Origin: Calditrichota bacterium
GTDB taxonomy: Bacteria; Calditrichota; Calditrichia; RBG-13-44-9
Assembly (NCBI GenBank): GCA_016934605.1
Contig: JAFGSO010000075.1
Location: forward strand, 1-45,988
Direction of reading: 5' to 3'
DNA length: 45,988 bases
The translations under genes were made by a program, and so were the position numbers. The notes below the pieces were generated by a model. That model was not told the DNA's origin, made no database searches, and saw only the letters and a list, made by a program, of their open reading frames with translations. Below are positions 45,817-45,988 of this stretch, one piece after another (position 1 is the stretch's first letter; the number at the start of each line of letters is the position of its first letter).

Positions 45817-45871
45817 GGATGAAGGATTAAGGAAGACTCGCTTCCTGAAGCCTGACTCCTGATTCCTCTCC
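45817..45871. repeat. Heptanucleotide tracts GGATGAA GGATTAA GGAAGAC and CCTGAAG CCTGACT CCTGATT CCTCTCC in the symporter upstream region
   Basis: Read directly. It contains the right copy of the 15-bp inverted repeat (45818-45832) and the complement of the 8582-8593 12-mer (45851-45862). Confidence 0.9.
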
Positions 45872-45883
45872 TATTTAGTTGGT

Positions 45884-45896
45884 AAAATTCGTGAAT
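45884..45896 (-). promoter_or_regulatory. Motif ATTCACGAATTTT upstream of the symporter gene
   Basis: The minus strand reads ATTCACGAATTTT, 90-102 nt upstream of the ATG at 45794. It is identical to 34141-34153. Confidence 0.3.
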
Positions 45897-45988
45897 AAAA
45901 AAGAGCCACCGAGGAGACTCGAATCACGCCGAAAGGCGGATCCGCTTATCAGCGGACTCCTGACATTCAGTTTACTTTTCATTAATCA

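Noticed and set aside
34067-45871. Repeat tracts as a CRISPR array.
   Set aside because: The units are 7 bp and directly abutting, with no 25-40-bp repeats, no unique spacers and no cas genes in the window.
45901-45988. tRNA (possibly with a long variable arm) at the right edge.
   Set aside because: The candidate anticodon hairpin has a 6-nt loop, no complementary T-stem flanks the TCGAATC sequence, and no acceptor stem can be paired on either strand.
1-45988. Mobile genetic element, prophage or defence island.
   Set aside because: No transposase, integrase, recombinase, phage structural gene, restriction-modification, toxin-antitoxin or other defence-type gene is recognisable. The only mobility hints are the short flanking repeats, which are reported as low-confidence findings.

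Overview
No database searches were run; family calls rest on motifs read in the ORF translations, and coordinates of DNA motifs were counted by hand. The window is a dense glycan and amino-sugar utilisation island with about 25 credible genes. Six proteins carry type IX secretion (T9SS) C-terminal sorting domains (QNYPNPFNP...), which points to an FCB-superphylum bacterium. Clear Shine-Dalgarno sites suggest it is probably not Bacteroidia (inference).

Layout:
- (i) 170-8573 (+): NagB/PIG-L fusion, secreted NAGPA-like phosphodiester glycosidase, HAD hydrolase, GH38 alpha-mannosidase.
- (ii) 26670-8849 (-): a nine-gene operon. It holds a TonB-dependent receptor, a 681-aa protein with a sorting-domain-like tail, a PorV/PorQ-like barrel, two small beta-barrels, two T9SS cargo proteins, a ROK regulator and a 1663-aa T9SS cargo protein. 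No SusD is present.
- (iii) 30246-27182 (-): FAD oxidoreductase translationally coupled to a GHL10 paralogue.
- (iv) 30370-37705 (+): permease, lone hydantoinase-A-like protein, HGSNAT-like membrane acetyltransferase, third GHL10 paralogue.
- (v) 45794-37929 (-): Na+/solute symporter, AAC(3)-like acetyltransferase, phosphohexomutase, GH94 phosphorylase, NanE.

Most notable observations:
- The SusD-less receptor/T9SS/PorV-like operon.
- A family of intergenic tracts with a strict 7-bp period that share exact words and bracket gene cassettes.
- Two otherwise intact genes broken by single in-frame stops: a TAA that detaches a T9SS sorting domain, and a TGA inside the symporter.
- A recently duplicated ~300-aa module that occurs five times in two cargo proteins.

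I found no rRNA, confident tRNA, CRISPR array, transposase, integrase or recognisable defence gene.
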